A stretch of DNA of 64,000 nt from Bdellovibrionales bacterium (lineage in GTDB: Bacteria; Bdellovibrionota; Bdellovibrionia; Bdellovibrionales; JAGQZY01). Both the position numbers and the translations under genes were made by a program. Shown here one piece after another: positions 48,907 to 59,301 of the stretch; the first letter of the stretch is position 1; each line of letters starts with the position of its first letter. Where the stretch lies: assembly GCA_964230645.1 (NCBI GenBank), contig CAXRHT010000002.1, positions 1,792,001-1,856,000 on the forward strand. The letters are read 5' to 3'. Below the pieces are notes generated by a model that worked only from the letters and a program-made list of their open reading frames with translations, was not told where the DNA came from and did not search any database.

Positions 48907-49025
48907 CCATCGGTCTCAACTCTATCTGACCCAGCGCCTTCATAGAGGTGGTTTATTCTGCCTGCTTGACCTAGGATTGAAACCTCATCATATTACAAAA
49001 AGAAAAGGATGGAATGTAAAGAGCC

Positions 49026-49886
49026 ATGGCCAAAAATATCAACCTTGCCTTCTTAGACGAAAAAGATCCAGAACTTGACGGATGGAAAGACCTTTTGAAC
49101 TCTTCTTACAAAGAAGGTTCTATTTCTTATTTTTCTTTAGAAAACCTCCCAAAAGAGGGACGAAATGTGGTTTTAGTCTCCGGTGGCGATGGCAGCTTAA
49201 ACCACGGCATTAATAAGCTGATGGAGCTTGAGAAAAACGACTCGATTGAAATCCTTTACTTTCCGGGCGGCACCGGAAATGACTTCTCTCGTGCTGTGGG
49301 TCTTTACCAACGCAGCCAAGAAGAAGTCGCCAACCTTCTCAATCGCCAGGAGTCCACACCCATGCATGTGGCTAAAATGGATGAAAAGTATTTTGTAAAC
49401 ATGGGAAGCTTTGGAATCTTTGCAGAGGTCACCCCTGAGGTTGATCCCGATTTAAAAGGTTTTTTTGGTTGTTGGAGCTATTATTTTAAAGGTTTTGAAC
49501 TTTTAACAGAACTTCGAACCCTAGAGATTGATTTTGAATTAGAGGAAGAAACTCTTTCGGAAAAAAAGTGCCTTGGTTTCTTTGTGGCTAATAGTCGCTT
49601 TTCTGGAGGTGGTATTCAAATCACTTCTAAAGCTTCACCCTACACTCCCACTCTTGATTTAGTTATTATTCGAGAAGCTCCTTTGACAGAACTCGTGCGA
49701 CTAGGACTAGAGTTGCAAAAAGAAACTCCTGAGCTTGATGAATTTGATATTGTTTATAAACAAGTAAAAGAGTTGAGTTTTAAATCAAATCAAAAGGTTT
49801 CTATGTCTTTAGATGGTGAGAATTTCTCTAAAAAATCGGGAAAAATCCGCATGAGTCGAGGGAAAATTCGCCTTATCCTCCCCTAA
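49026..49886 (+). CDS. Diacylglycerol/lipid kinase family protein (YegS-like)
   Basis: GGDGSL, PGGTGNDF, NSRFSGGG, LDGE. Confidence 0.9.
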   Translation: MAKNINLAFLDEKDPELDGWKDLLNSSYKEGSISYFSLENLPKEGRNVVLVSGGDGSLNHGINKLMELEKNDSIEILYFPGGTGNDFSRAVGLYQRSQEEVANLLNRQESTPMHVAKMDEKYFVNMGSFGIFAEVTPEVDPDLKGFFGCWSYYFKGFELLTELRTLEIDFELEEETLSEKKCLGFFVANSRFSGGGIQITSKASPYTPTLDLVIIREAPLTELVRLGLELQKETPELDEFDIVYKQVKELSFKSNQKVSMSLDGENFSKKSGKIRMSRGKIRLILP

Positions 49887-50039
49887 TCCTCTCATAATCC
49901 TTCCTTATTCTAGGTATTTAGGATTGTTGTTAACTTTAAACATTAAATAGAAGAACCGGAAAAGTTTTTTCCTGGGCTTCGCAATAAATTAGAAAATGTA
50001 GAAAGTAATAAGAGTTAACAATTTTGAAAGGAGTTAATT

Positions 50040-50216
50040 ATGTTAAATTGGGCACTCATGTTTTTCATTATTGCCATCGTCGCTGCTATTTTTGGTTTCG
50101 GCGGAATTGCTGGATCAGCTGCAGGAATTGCGAAGTTTCTATTTTTCGCTTTTGTTGTGCTTTTTGCCATCTCACTAATTTTTAACTTAGCCAGAGGCGG
50201 CAAGTCCAAATTGTGA
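50040..50216 (+). CDS. DUF1328 (UPF0391/YtjA-like) small membrane protein, 58 aa
   Basis: Translated by hand: [36 protein letters not shown]...; AAGGAG RBS; absent from the ORF track. Confidence 0.92.
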   Translation: MLNWALMFFIIAIVAAIFGFGGIAGSAAGIAKFLFFAFVVLFAISLIFNLARGGKSKL

Positions 50217-50346
50217 TTAATGAGGTCAAATTCCTCAAATCACTACATTTAACGTTTATAAGCGGGGGAAATTTTTCAATTTCCTCTTGCTATTTATAAG
50301 CCCTGCAAGTGATGATAAGGGCTAAACAATATAAGGAGTAGCAACA

Positions 50347-50562
50347 ATGACAAACTATAGACTATGGATTTCTCGATCGACTAAGCTTGTAGCCGCCTTA
50401 ATGATGGCTTTCTCTCTGTCAGCCTGTTGGGAAAGCGATGCTGAAAACGCCGCCGAAGACGTTGGTGAGCAAGTTGAAGAAACAACAGAAGATATGGGCG
50501 AAGGCATGGAAGATGCCGCTGAGTCTGTTGAAGACAGCGCCGAAGATACAATGGACCACTAA
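50347..50562 (+). CDS. Small acidic lipoprotein
   Basis: LSA-C lipobox, AAEDVGE/MEDAAE helical repeats, AAGGAG RBS. Confidence 0.8.
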   Translation: MTNYRLWISRSTKLVAALMMAFSLSACWESDAENAAEDVGEQVEETTEDMGEGMEDAAESVEDSAEDTMDH

Positions 50563-50607
50563 GGTACCGTGTAAGTATCTAATATCATAAAAGACTTTAT
50601 TATCTCG

Positions 50608-50637
50608 AAAGGCTCTAATTTTAATTAGGGCCTTTTT
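50608..50637 (+). terminator. Intrinsic terminator
   Basis: AAAGGCTCTAATT-tt-AATTAGGGCCTTTTT. Confidence 0.7.
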
Positions 50638-50739
50638 AGTTTTTACATTTGCCTCAGTAATAATTTTAGAATTTCAGCAATAATTTTACTTCAATAAGGA
50701 ATCTCTCTAGGACTTAGAAAAAATGACTAGAGGGGTCCA

Positions 50740-51903
50740 ATGAAATTATTATCATTTATTCTCGTTTTAATTCTTTTCACACAATCAGCATTTGCAGGAG
50801 AGAGAGATCTTCGTTTTGCTAGAGCTTGTGATCGTGGAACCGAAATCACCATTTCCGCCGTAGGTGACCTTCTTCTTCACGGCCCACTCCAAAGACAAGC
50901 TTATTCTTCTGAGTATGGGTTTAGAAGTCTGTGGTCAGAAGCCATTCCCTACTTCAATCAGGCCGACGTCTCTTACGCTAATCTTGAGGGACCTGTGGCC
51001 GATGGTGTTCAGTGTAACGGAGCAAGAACCGATCGCGACAATCCCGTTCTTGGTTCTGATTGCAGAAAGTCCCGCTCATCTGTTTACACAAGCTACCCGC
51101 GCTTTAACTATCACTCCATGCTGGTTGATGATCTCAAACAAAGTGGAATTGATTTTGTTTCAACCGCTAACAATCACTCTCTTGATCGATTCTCAAATGG
51201 AGCCGATGCTACCATCGAAGCCCTTGAAAGAGGTGGTCTTCCTTTTGCGGGAACAAGAGAAAGTAATAGCTCCTCCCGCCCATTTTATGAGATCACTCGG
51301 GTGCGAGGAAAAAATATTGCTTGGATTTCATGTACCTATGGAACCAATGGAATTCCTGATAATAATAATCAGGTTCTCAATTGCTTCTCTGGTGACCAAG
51401 TCACTGGTCTTGTTTCAGGCCTTCGCAATCAAGTGGATGCTGTGATCGTAACGCCTCATTGGGGTAACGAGTACCAATCCTCTCCGAACTCAAGACAGCG
51501 TGATTATGCTCGTCGTTGGCTCAACGCAGGAGCGACAGCAATTATTGGAGCGCACCCTCACGTTGTTCAACCTTGGGAAAAATTTGTTACAAGCGATGGA
51601 AGAGAGACTCTGATCGTTTATTCTCTTGGAAACTTTGTCAGTAACCAGCAGTCCTTTAACAAAAAAGCCACGATCGTTCTTTTCGTAGGATTAACGATTG
51701 GACGTGGTGAAGCCTGGGTGAACGGAGTTCGTTACGCTCCAGCTTATATGGCTCGCACTAACTCTGGAAGACGTCTTTTTGTAAGCTCCATTTTTGGAAG
51801 TTCTGTGGAAGATGATGTCGTGCCTTATATGAATCGCTTTTTTGGAAGTGAGCGCATTGTTTATCCCGACGAGCGAGTTGTAACCAACGCTGAGTGCCGC
51901 TAG
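50740..51903 (+). CDS. CapA-family metallophosphatase, secreted
   Basis: VGDLLLH, NLEGP, ANNHSLD, HWGNEY, GAHPHV, YSLGNF. Confidence 0.92.
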   Translation: MKLLSFILVLILFTQSAFAGERDLRFARACDRGTEITISAVGDLLLHGPLQRQAYSSEYGFRSLWSEAIPYFNQADVSYANLEGPVADGVQCNGARTDRDNPVLGSDCRKSRSSVYTSYPRFNYHSMLVDDLKQSGIDFVSTANNHSLDRFSNGADATIEALERGGLPFAGTRESNSSSRPFYEITRVRGKNIAWISCTYGTNGIPDNNNQVLNCFSGDQVTGLVSGLRNQVDAVIVTPHWGNEYQSSPNSRQRDYARRWLNAGATAIIGAHPHVVQPWEKFVTSDGRETLIVYSLGNFVSNQQSFNKKATIVLFVGLTIGRGEAWVNGVRYAPAYMARTNSGRRLFVSSIFGSSVEDDVVPYMNRFFGSERIVYPDERVVTNAECR

Positions 51904-53102
51904 TAAAAAGGAAAGTGGTCTCCTGAGACCCTTTCCCAGTCCCAAATCCCTAAAGTTAAAAAATAGCAGTACATAAAGGCCACCATCGGGGTGGCCGTTG
52001 TTGTTGAGATCACCGAGAGAATCGGCCAGGCGCTTAAAAGTAGAAATAATAGAATAAATGGCAGAGTCATTCTGTATTCTTTTTGAACCACAAAATATTT
52101 CACTAAAATAATCATTCCCCAGATAAAGAAAGTAATTAAAAATCCTCGCATGAACATATTCTGAGAAAGACGTGCGGCCATTATAATAGACACTAGGTGC
52201 ATGGCCTTTTTGAAATAAGTCTTGAATACAAATGAGGAGTCCTCATCAAGAAACTTCCAGTAAAAGCTTTTTACAAAACTTAAGTACTCATCGGACATAA
52301 ACTCGTAAGCCCCTCCCCTTGTGACCACGAAATTATAGAGCTGCTGATCGCTTTTAGGAATTCTATAGTCATTCTCATATTGCCCAAGTCCTTTAAGTAG
52401 GCTGTGCCAATGAGGGAGGGCCGACTCTGGCTTTTCACCCACTTTCTCAATTTGTTGGATTTTTGTAATAGCCTGTGCGATTTGATCGTTTTTTAGGGTT
52501 CTAAAATAATAGAGAGGGCCTAACAATATTAATAGACAAGCGATCTTTGGAGCCATTCTCTGTTCCGAAAAAAGACATAGAAATAGTGCTAAAAGGTAAA
52601 AACCTCCTCCGTAGACCCAAGAAACATAAAAACAAAAACAGCCAAGCAATGAAAGTGGTATAAATAAAACAATAGGTAAGACATTTTTCCTTGAACGCAG
52701 AATCCAAAGAAACAGTGGAAAAGTGGAAGATATCCAGAAAATGGCCACCTGTCTTGGATCATCATTTATAAATACAAAAAAAGAAAGAAGCCCACCCGAA
52801 GTGAATAAATAAATTAACTTATGAAACATTCCTTTAAAAAAAAAGATCACTCCAAATAAAATCAAAAGTAGGCTTAATACCGTGAGACCAATAAAAAGAT
52901 AGCTTAAGGCCTCCTGGGTGTTACAACCCATATATTCTGTTATTTTTGGAACAATCCAGTGCAGTCCCAGATCTGAGGTGCCATGGCCGGCTAAGGATAA
53001 ATCCGTGCCCTTTTGAGCAACCAATGCCGTGTTGGTGCGCTCATACCCTCGCACGACGGATTCTAATTCTGCTGTGATACTTGGTTCAAAAGTCAGGAGC
53101 AT
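51900..53102 (-). CDS. Hypothetical multi-pass membrane protein
   Basis: About ten TM segments with a large loop; start uncertain. Confidence 0.65.
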   Translation of the reverse strand: MLLTFEPSITAELESVVRGYERTNTALVAQKGTDLSLAGHGTSDLGLHWIVPKITEYMGCNTQEALSYLFIGLTVLSLLLILFGVIFFFKGMFHKLIYLFTSGGLLSFFVFINDDPRQVAIFWISSTFPLFLWILRSRKNVLPIVLFIPLSLLGCFCFYVSWVYGGGFYLLALFLCLFSEQRMAPKIACLLILLGPLYYFRTLKNDQIAQAITKIQQIEKVGEKPESALPHWHSLLKGLGQYENDYRIPKSDQQLYNFVVTRGGAYEFMSDEYLSFVKSFYWKFLDEDSSFVFKTYFKKAMHLVSIIMAARLSQNMFMRGFLITFFIWGMIILVKYFVVQKEYRMTLPFILLFLLLSAWPILSVISTTTATPMVAFMYCYFLTLGIWDWERVSGDHFPFY

Positions 53103-53159
53103 GAGAAAACTCCTGAACGAGATATACCTTTAAATTTGAGATGAATACTTCTATAAGGC

Positions 53160-53678
53160 TTAAGCCTGCTTTTTTCTAAGCTCTTCAACATTGTCGGCAT
53201 TTTCTGCTGGCTGCTCTTGAAACTTCTTGCTGTTAGCGACTTGTGCATCAGGCTTTACCGTTTTTATCAATTCGTTGAAAGAGTTTTCAAAATCTTTAAA
53301 GTAGTCATTGCGGCGAAGCTTTAAAAGACCTAACTCTTTTTTCTCCGTCATGATCTCAATGTCTTTTTTCATTCGGTAAATGGCCCCTACCGCATCGTGA
53401 CTGTATTTCAGGCCGAGCCAAACAAAAACCATGCTGGCTATAGCGATCCCAGAAAGAATTGTCACGTAGACAAAGGTTTCTTCCATTCGCAAGGATTCGT
53501 AAAAAGGATGGCCCTCTTTGATTCCTGCTTTTTCTGCTACCGACTTTACGTTTTCAAGTAGGCCAAAGCCTAAAAGGGCAAAGACTCCCCCTTGAAACAA
53601 GGTGATGCCAGCAAAAATTTGTAGCATTTTTGATTGATATTCCGAATTACTAAAAAAGGATTGTGTTTTTCTGCTCAT
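53160..53678 (-). CDS. Hypothetical membrane protein (two TM plus HAMP-like tail)
   Basis: Two TM helices, SHDAVGAIYR and LRRNDYF segments. Confidence 0.65.
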   Translation of the reverse strand: MSRKTQSFFSNSEYQSKMLQIFAGITLFQGGVFALLGFGLLENVKSVAEKAGIKEGHPFYESLRMEETFVYVTILSGIAIASMVFVWLGLKYSHDAVGAIYRMKKDIEIMTEKKELGLLKLRRNDYFKDFENSFNELIKTVKPDAQVANSKKFQEQPAENADNVEELRKKQA

Positions 53679-53864
53679 GGATAAATCATAATTTTTATTT
53701 CCTAGGGCTTCCACGGCGAAAACAACAATCTGGTCTAAGATAGATAAGCCTAAAGGCAGGTTCAAAAATTAGTATATTTGTTCTTTGTCTGAAAAATGCA
53801 ATTATATCGGGAAAATAGGCCTACCCTTTTATTCGGTAGACCTTTTTCTAGATTTTTATGTCGT

Positions 53865-55463
53865 CTAAGTAGATTTAGGATCGACTCGAAAATGAAGGGT
53901 TGGATTTTCCTTCTTATTGTCGTAGACCTCAATAAGGTTCAACTTTATATTACGTTTTTTAGCGTTGACCTCAAAGTTCTCGATAATATCGATGACATCT
54001 TGGTGAATATAATAAGTCTTAGATGCATCGATTGTAACTTCACGTCCATCAGGTATCCCATTTAGCAATTTTTTAAGACTGGCCTTTTTCAAAAACGAAA
54101 CATCTTCTGACAGTTCAATATATATGTGTCCTTCTTTTTTAATCTCTTCGTCCACGATAATTGGAATGCGGTAATTGTTTTTGAGAATGAAAAAGACGGC
54201 CACGGCAAATCCAAGACACACTCCTGTTAAGAGGTCCGTAAAAACAAGACCAAGAATTGTGGTTATAAAAGGAATAAATTGTCCAATTCCCTGAGCATAG
54301 GTTTTTTTGAAAAGTGAAGGTTTAGCCAGCTTAAAACCAACAACAAATAATATAGCGGCAAGAGTGGCTAAGGGAATCATATTGAGAATTCCCGGAATAG
54401 TTAAGACCGTGAGTACAATGATAAAACCATGAATGATAGCTGAGAGCTTTGTTTTACCCCCAGCTTGAACGTTGGTTGAACTTCGAATGATCACCTGGGT
54501 GATTGGAAGCCCTCCTATTAATCCGGAGACGATATTTCCAACCCCTTGTGCTTTTAGCTCACGGTTAGTCGGTGTCACTCTTTTTTCAGGGTCTTGCTTA
54601 TCACTAGCATCCACACAAAGGAGAGTCTCAAGAGATCCGACGATCGCTAGAACAACTCCCACAACGTAAATGTCGGGATTGCTTAAACCTTTGAAGTTAG
54701 GAAAAGTAATATTGGCTTTTAGTTCAGAGATTGATTGGCTAATTGGAATGTTGACCACCTGCTCCTGAATGAGTGCCAAAGATCCCATGCCTTCAAAAAT
54801 TTTGTTGAGAATAACACCTGCAACTACTGCCACAAGCGGCCCTTGAATAAGAGTGAAGATCTTATGCTTTTTCATAAGCACCATTTCCCAAAGAATAAGA
54901 ATTCCTAAAGAAACAGCACATATGATCATGGGCCCAGGACTGAGGAAATCCATCGCCTTACCTAATTCCGAAAATGTATTCTCGTGATCAAGCTGTATGA
55001 AATTTAAATCTCCCTCGTAATCCGCATCATAACCGACAGCATGGGGAATTTGTTTTAAGAAGATGATGACCCCAATCCCAGCAAGCATTCCGTTAATAAC
55101 AGCGTTAGGAAAATAGTGAGATATGATACCCGCTTTAAGAAAACCCATCGCAATTTGAAGAATCCCAGCGAATATCACAGCGACTAAAAAAACTTCAAAA
55201 GAGCCTAGATCTTGAATCGCTGAGGCGACAATAACCGCAAGCCCCGCGGCCGGCCCACTCACTCCCAGTGAAGATCCACTCAAAGATCCTACAATGATCC
55301 CCCCCACAGCTCCTGCAATAAGACCTGAGAAAAGAGGGGCTCCAGAGGCAAGCGCAATCCCCAAACAGAGGGGCATAGCGACAAGAAACACCACAATGGA
55401 AGCTGGTAAATCATTTTTCAAATGGCCGAACATCGACAATTCATTTTTAGATGCCAATTTCAC
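53865..55463 (-). CDS. SulP family anion (sulfate/bicarbonate) transporter
   Basis: VAMPLCLGIALASG, VSGPAAG, ETLL, NRELKAQG, STAS-like tail. Confidence 0.95.
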   Translation of the reverse strand: MKLASKNELSMFGHLKNDLPASIVVFLVAMPLCLGIALASGAPLFSGLIAGAVGGIIVGSLSGSSLGVSGPAAGLAVIVASAIQDLGSFEVFLVAVIFAGILQIAMGFLKAGIISHYFPNAVINGMLAGIGVIIFLKQIPHAVGYDADYEGDLNFIQLDHENTFSELGKAMDFLSPGPMIICAVSLGILILWEMVLMKKHKIFTLIQGPLVAVVAGVILNKIFEGMGSLALIQEQVVNIPISQSISELKANITFPNFKGLSNPDIYVVGVVLAIVGSLETLLCVDASDKQDPEKRVTPTNRELKAQGVGNIVSGLIGGLPITQVIIRSSTNVQAGGKTKLSAIIHGFIIVLTVLTIPGILNMIPLATLAAILFVVGFKLAKPSLFKKTYAQGIGQFIPFITTILGLVFTDLLTGVCLGFAVAVFFILKNNYRIPIIVDEEIKKEGHIYIELSEDVSFLKKASLKKLLNGIPDGREVTIDASKTYYIHQDVIDIIENFEVNAKKRNIKLNLIEVYDNKKENPTLHFRVDPKST

Positions 55464-55617
55464 TCTCCTACTTTTAATTTCGGTTCATTATATTTAATTT
55501 ACCTTCTTTTTAAATAAGCTATTTTGACCTCATTTCCCTCGTACTTCAAGGAGAAGAGGAGGCCATCCTATCAACTTCTCTCTACCATTGGATCAGACTG
55601 AATAAAATTATATGGCA

Positions 55618-56991
55618 CTACAGATCAAAAATTTTTCCTGGGTTCATGATCCCATTCGGATCAAATAAAGCCTTAATGGATCTCATGAGGTCGATTTCCT
55701 CTTTAGCCCTAGAGAATCCTAGGAAATCTTTTTTGAGTTGCCCCACTCCGTGCTCGGCACTGATGGAACCTTTGTATTTCGAGACCACAGAAAAGAGGAT
55801 CTTATCACTTTCTTTGCACTTTTTAATAAACTCTGATTTTTCCATCCCTTCTGGCTTTAGAATATCGATATGAAGGTTACCATCACCGATATGGCCAAAC
55901 CAAGCGACACCAAAATCGGGATATTGGGACTTATAGGCCTGTTCGATTTCTTCGGCAAACTGGGGGATGAGAGAAGTTCGGACAGAAACATCGTTTCGAT
56001 AAGGACTCATGGGGCTTAAGGACTCACTAATAAATTCCCTCAGATTCCACAAATCTTTTCTCTGGGTAGGAGATTGACTAATGACACCATCGCTAATCCA
56101 CCCCTCTTCAAAACAATGCTCAAAAAGCTCTGAGAGAGACTCGGAAATATCTTCATCCTCATGCTCGACCTCAAGGAGGAGGTAAAAAGGAACTTTTGTG
56201 GCAAAAGGGGGATTGAGATCATGCATCTCTACAACTTTGTCTAAGGCAAACTGAGAAAACACTTCGCAAGCCGATAGTTGAGTGTTCTTTTTAAAATGAT
56301 GATAAACATCAATGACTTTTTTAAGCTCCTCTATCCCGACAACAATCACACTTGTGTTTTTAGCCGGTCTTGTCACCCGCAGTTCTATCTCAGTGATAAA
56401 GCCTAAAGTGCCTTCACTCCCCACAAAGAGATTTTTTAAATCATAGCCTGTGGCATTTTTTACTAAGCTTTTACCAAGGTAAAGACTCTCGCCTTTTCCG
56501 GTTACCACTTTTAATCCTGAGACCCAGTTTCTCATCATGCCGTAGCGTAGAACTCTAAGGCCACCAGCGTTGGTCGCCACATTACCTCCAATTTGACTGG
56601 AGCCTTTAGCGGCAAGATCGATTGGGAAAAAATAGCCTTTCTCCTCGACGTATTGATGAAGCTCTTCGGTAATAACACCGGGCTGGACCGTTACAATTTG
56701 ATCAACTTCATTCCAATCAAGGATCTTATTCATCTTCTCCATTGAAACGACCAACTCTTTATTACTCGCAGTGGCTGCGGAACTAAGCCCGGTTCTTCCA
56801 CCAGAAGGGACGAGGGAAACTTTTTCCTCATTGGCCCACCTTATTATTTTCTTCACCTCTTCAGGCGTTTCGGGAAAAACCACACCCACTGGATCAGCTG
56901 GAAAATTCATGGACCAGTCTTTGCCGTACTTTGAGAGAAGATCTTCTTGATCGTGAAATTCGGTAATTTCTTTTAGCTTTTCAAGATTCAT
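55618..56991 (-). CDS. FAD-linked oxidoreductase (D-2-hydroxyacid dehydrogenase family)
   Basis: PSGGRTG, GGNVATNAGG, GHIGDGNLH, SAEHGVG, MNPGK. Confidence 0.93.
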   Translation of the reverse strand: MNLEKLKEITEFHDQEDLLSKYGKDWSMNFPADPVGVVFPETPEEVKKIIRWANEEKVSLVPSGGRTGLSSAATASNKELVVSMEKMNKILDWNEVDQIVTVQPGVITEELHQYVEEKGYFFPIDLAAKGSSQIGGNVATNAGGLRVLRYGMMRNWVSGLKVVTGKGESLYLGKSLVKNATGYDLKNLFVGSEGTLGFITEIELRVTRPAKNTSVIVVGIEELKKVIDVYHHFKKNTQLSACEVFSQFALDKVVEMHDLNPPFATKVPFYLLLEVEHEDEDISESLSELFEHCFEEGWISDGVISQSPTQRKDLWNLREFISESLSPMSPYRNDVSVRTSLIPQFAEEIEQAYKSQYPDFGVAWFGHIGDGNLHIDILKPEGMEKSEFIKKCKESDKILFSVVSKYKGSISAEHGVGQLKKDFLGFSRAKEEIDLMRSIKALFDPNGIMNPGKIFDL

Positions 56992-58493
56992 AGCTTTTTC
57001 CTTATCTCTTCAAGAACCCTTTGAACCACTGGGGTTTGGTTGAGTGCTTCGTTTTTATGTTTGTAGATCAAATGCACGATTTCTAAATAGTCTGACTGTT
57101 TGCCCTCTTCTTTGAGGAGATATTGTACATAGCGGGCGGCGCGGTCGACAAGCTTCCCGTTGGTGGGTTTTACCCAAGTCATAACGTTTGACTGATAACG
57201 ACCCATCTTACCCATTAGTAAAGTAGAGTGAGTGTTGAGGAGTAATTTTAACAGCGTGTTCACACCAATGCTTGAATTCATCGATATGGGCCAGTCCTCT
57301 TCTAAACCTGCCAAGGACCAGTGTAAAATTTGTTTTTTATAAAATATTTCAAAGAGGTACTGACGTTTATAATCGAGTCTTTCTTCACGGTTTTCCACAG
57401 CCTGGCGACTAAAATCAAAACTTTCCAGATAGTCTCTGTTTGTTCTTGGGTCATTAGTCCAAGCGAGTGCTTTTGGAGCTCTACCAATGAGGTTTAACCA
57501 AGCCTCCTCTTTATCGCTTGCAGAAGGAACTAATATATAGCTTAAAGACGGTGTGCCTCCACTTTGAAAGTTTTCATTTTCAAAGGCCGGAAGACTAAAA
57601 GTGGGAGAGCGCTCGGTGCTATCGGTAAAAACGGTGAGAGCCAATTGGCGTGGCATATACATCGCGAACTCATTTTCCGTGTAGATAAAGTGCTCTTTTT
57701 CAATAAATGGCGCAAGCTTCTGGTAATTTAATTTTGAGAACTCTTCCATAAACTCTTGGTAAAGATGAGAGATCTCTTTGTTCCTCTCAAGAAGGCACCA
57801 ACCAATAGCAAGCTGCAACACTGTACTTGCCTGCATTCTCGTGCTTCCCGATAGTGCCATGGGACCTACAAAAAGTTCGACGGCGTTTACGTTTTTATTT
57901 TCAATAATTTGTTTTGAGCGTGGAATTCGGTGAGTGAGTTCATCAGTAGGATTACAATATAAAAAGAAGGCTTTTTGTTGAGAAATCCTTGCCGCAGCTT
58001 TTGTGGCTCCAATCACATAAGGGGTTTCCCCACCTTCACTCGATGCAATCAGAAGATCTTTTTCTCCAAAGCCTAATTCTATGAGATGTTTTTCACCCAG
58101 CTCTGGATAATCTTCAAAGCCTTCAAGAGAGTGCACAAGGGCCACATCCCCTCCAGCCATAAAGCCATGAACGCGGTCGGTTTGATACTTCTCACGCCAA
58201 AGAGATTCTAAAAGCAGAGAAAGACGCCCTGTCGCCCCACAGCCGCAGAGATAGATATCTCCACCTTGCTCTAGTGTTTTTGCAACACTCTCTTTTAAAG
58301 GTCTAAGTGATTCTAAAGAGCTCCCCAAGTATTTTAATGCCTGCAGATCTACAGATTTTAAAACTTTTAAGGCACCCGGAAGATCCTTTTGGGCCAATTG
58401 AGAGAGTCCCTGAGTCTCAGGATGAGGTTTTTCTGTTGGAAGCTCTCCTAATTGGAAATCTTCATAGCGCTTAAGAAATTCTTCTAGTTCCAC
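56988..58493 (-). CDS. Extended SIS-domain protein (MurQ/GKRP-like)
   Basis: GCGATGRL, EGFED, GGETPYV, GSTRMQAST, MTWVKPTNGKLVDRA. Confidence 0.75.
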   Translation of the reverse strand: MELEEFLKRYEDFQLGELPTEKPHPETQGLSQLAQKDLPGALKVLKSVDLQALKYLGSSLESLRPLKESVAKTLEQGGDIYLCGCGATGRLSLLLESLWREKYQTDRVHGFMAGGDVALVHSLEGFEDYPELGEKHLIELGFGEKDLLIASSEGGETPYVIGATKAAARISQQKAFFLYCNPTDELTHRIPRSKQIIENKNVNAVELFVGPMALSGSTRMQASTVLQLAIGWCLLERNKEISHLYQEFMEEFSKLNYQKLAPFIEKEHFIYTENEFAMYMPRQLALTVFTDSTERSPTFSLPAFENENFQSGGTPSLSYILVPSASDKEEAWLNLIGRAPKALAWTNDPRTNRDYLESFDFSRQAVENREERLDYKRQYLFEIFYKKQILHWSLAGLEEDWPISMNSSIGVNTLLKLLLNTHSTLLMGKMGRYQSNVMTWVKPTNGKLVDRAARYVQYLLKEEGKQSDYLEIVHLIYKHKNEALNQTPVVQRVLEEIRKKL

Positions 58494-58568
58494 AAGTTTA
58501 TCTTAGTTCCTAAGAAATAAATGTCCACTCTCACCCCTTTGCAGAATGCAATATCTAATGAGTCTCAA

Positions 58569-59270
58569 TTAAAGGATTGTTTTCCCGCGACTTGGCTGGC
58601 TCTTCAAAAGGGAGCGTTTTCGCATATAGACAAGAAGCCAATGACAGGTCAGGGCCCCTAGTGTGTGCCAAATCCAATGAGTTCCCATGGGAAGCTTCAT
58701 CTGCACCCAATGGGTAGAATCAGCGGCTCGAAAAAAGAGGGCTGCCAGCAGTAGTAAGAGTGGAATGAGAAAGGACCTCACCAATACCCACTGAGTTTTA
58801 ATTTGATCTAAAAGAATCGGCAAAATCACGGGGATCGCGAGAGAAATATAGCCTAGGGTGGCTGTGTTCGGTGTGGGCGGAAGGACAAAGCGAAAAACGG
58901 AGAAAGGAATCACAAAAAAGAACAGAAAAATACCAGCCACTTTGAGCACCGGCGTTTTAATAAGTTTCCAATGGTAGAGGGCTGTCAAAAAACCAATTAA
59001 ATAAATGGGGAGGACGTCCATGAGCATCCAAGCCAAATGCGAGCGGGTGGCATGATAGATTGTTCCACCAACATAGCCCACAAAAAGAAGGGGCAGATTG
59101 ATTTTTAGAAAGTTTCTGAAGTCCCGGTCCTGGATCTTTTTTAATCGAACGGTCCAAATCAAAGCCACAATCAAAAATAAAATATTTGAGAGTGTATTAT
59201 AAGGCTCAACTGGGAATTGAGCCATATTGGTTTCCGTATAAAGAGGGCCCTGATCAAGGGGTGTCATCAC
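58569..59270 (-). CDS. Ceramidase-like (CREST superfamily) membrane protein
   Basis: EPYNTLSN, TIYH, D..PI, HWIWH motifs; about seven TM helices. Confidence 0.75.
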   Translation of the reverse strand: MMTPLDQGPLYTETNMAQFPVEPYNTLSNILFLIVALIWTVRLKKIQDRDFRNFLKINLPLLFVGYVGGTIYHATRSHLAWMLMDVLPIYLIGFLTALYHWKLIKTPVLKVAGIFLFFFVIPFSVFRFVLPPTPNTATLGYISLAIPVILPILLDQIKTQWVLVRSFLIPLLLLLAALFFRAADSTHWVQMKLPMGTHWIWHTLGALTCHWLLVYMRKRSLLKSQPSRGKTIL

Positions 59271-59301
59271 TTCTTATTCCTTATCCCCCCCGGGATTTCC
59301 A

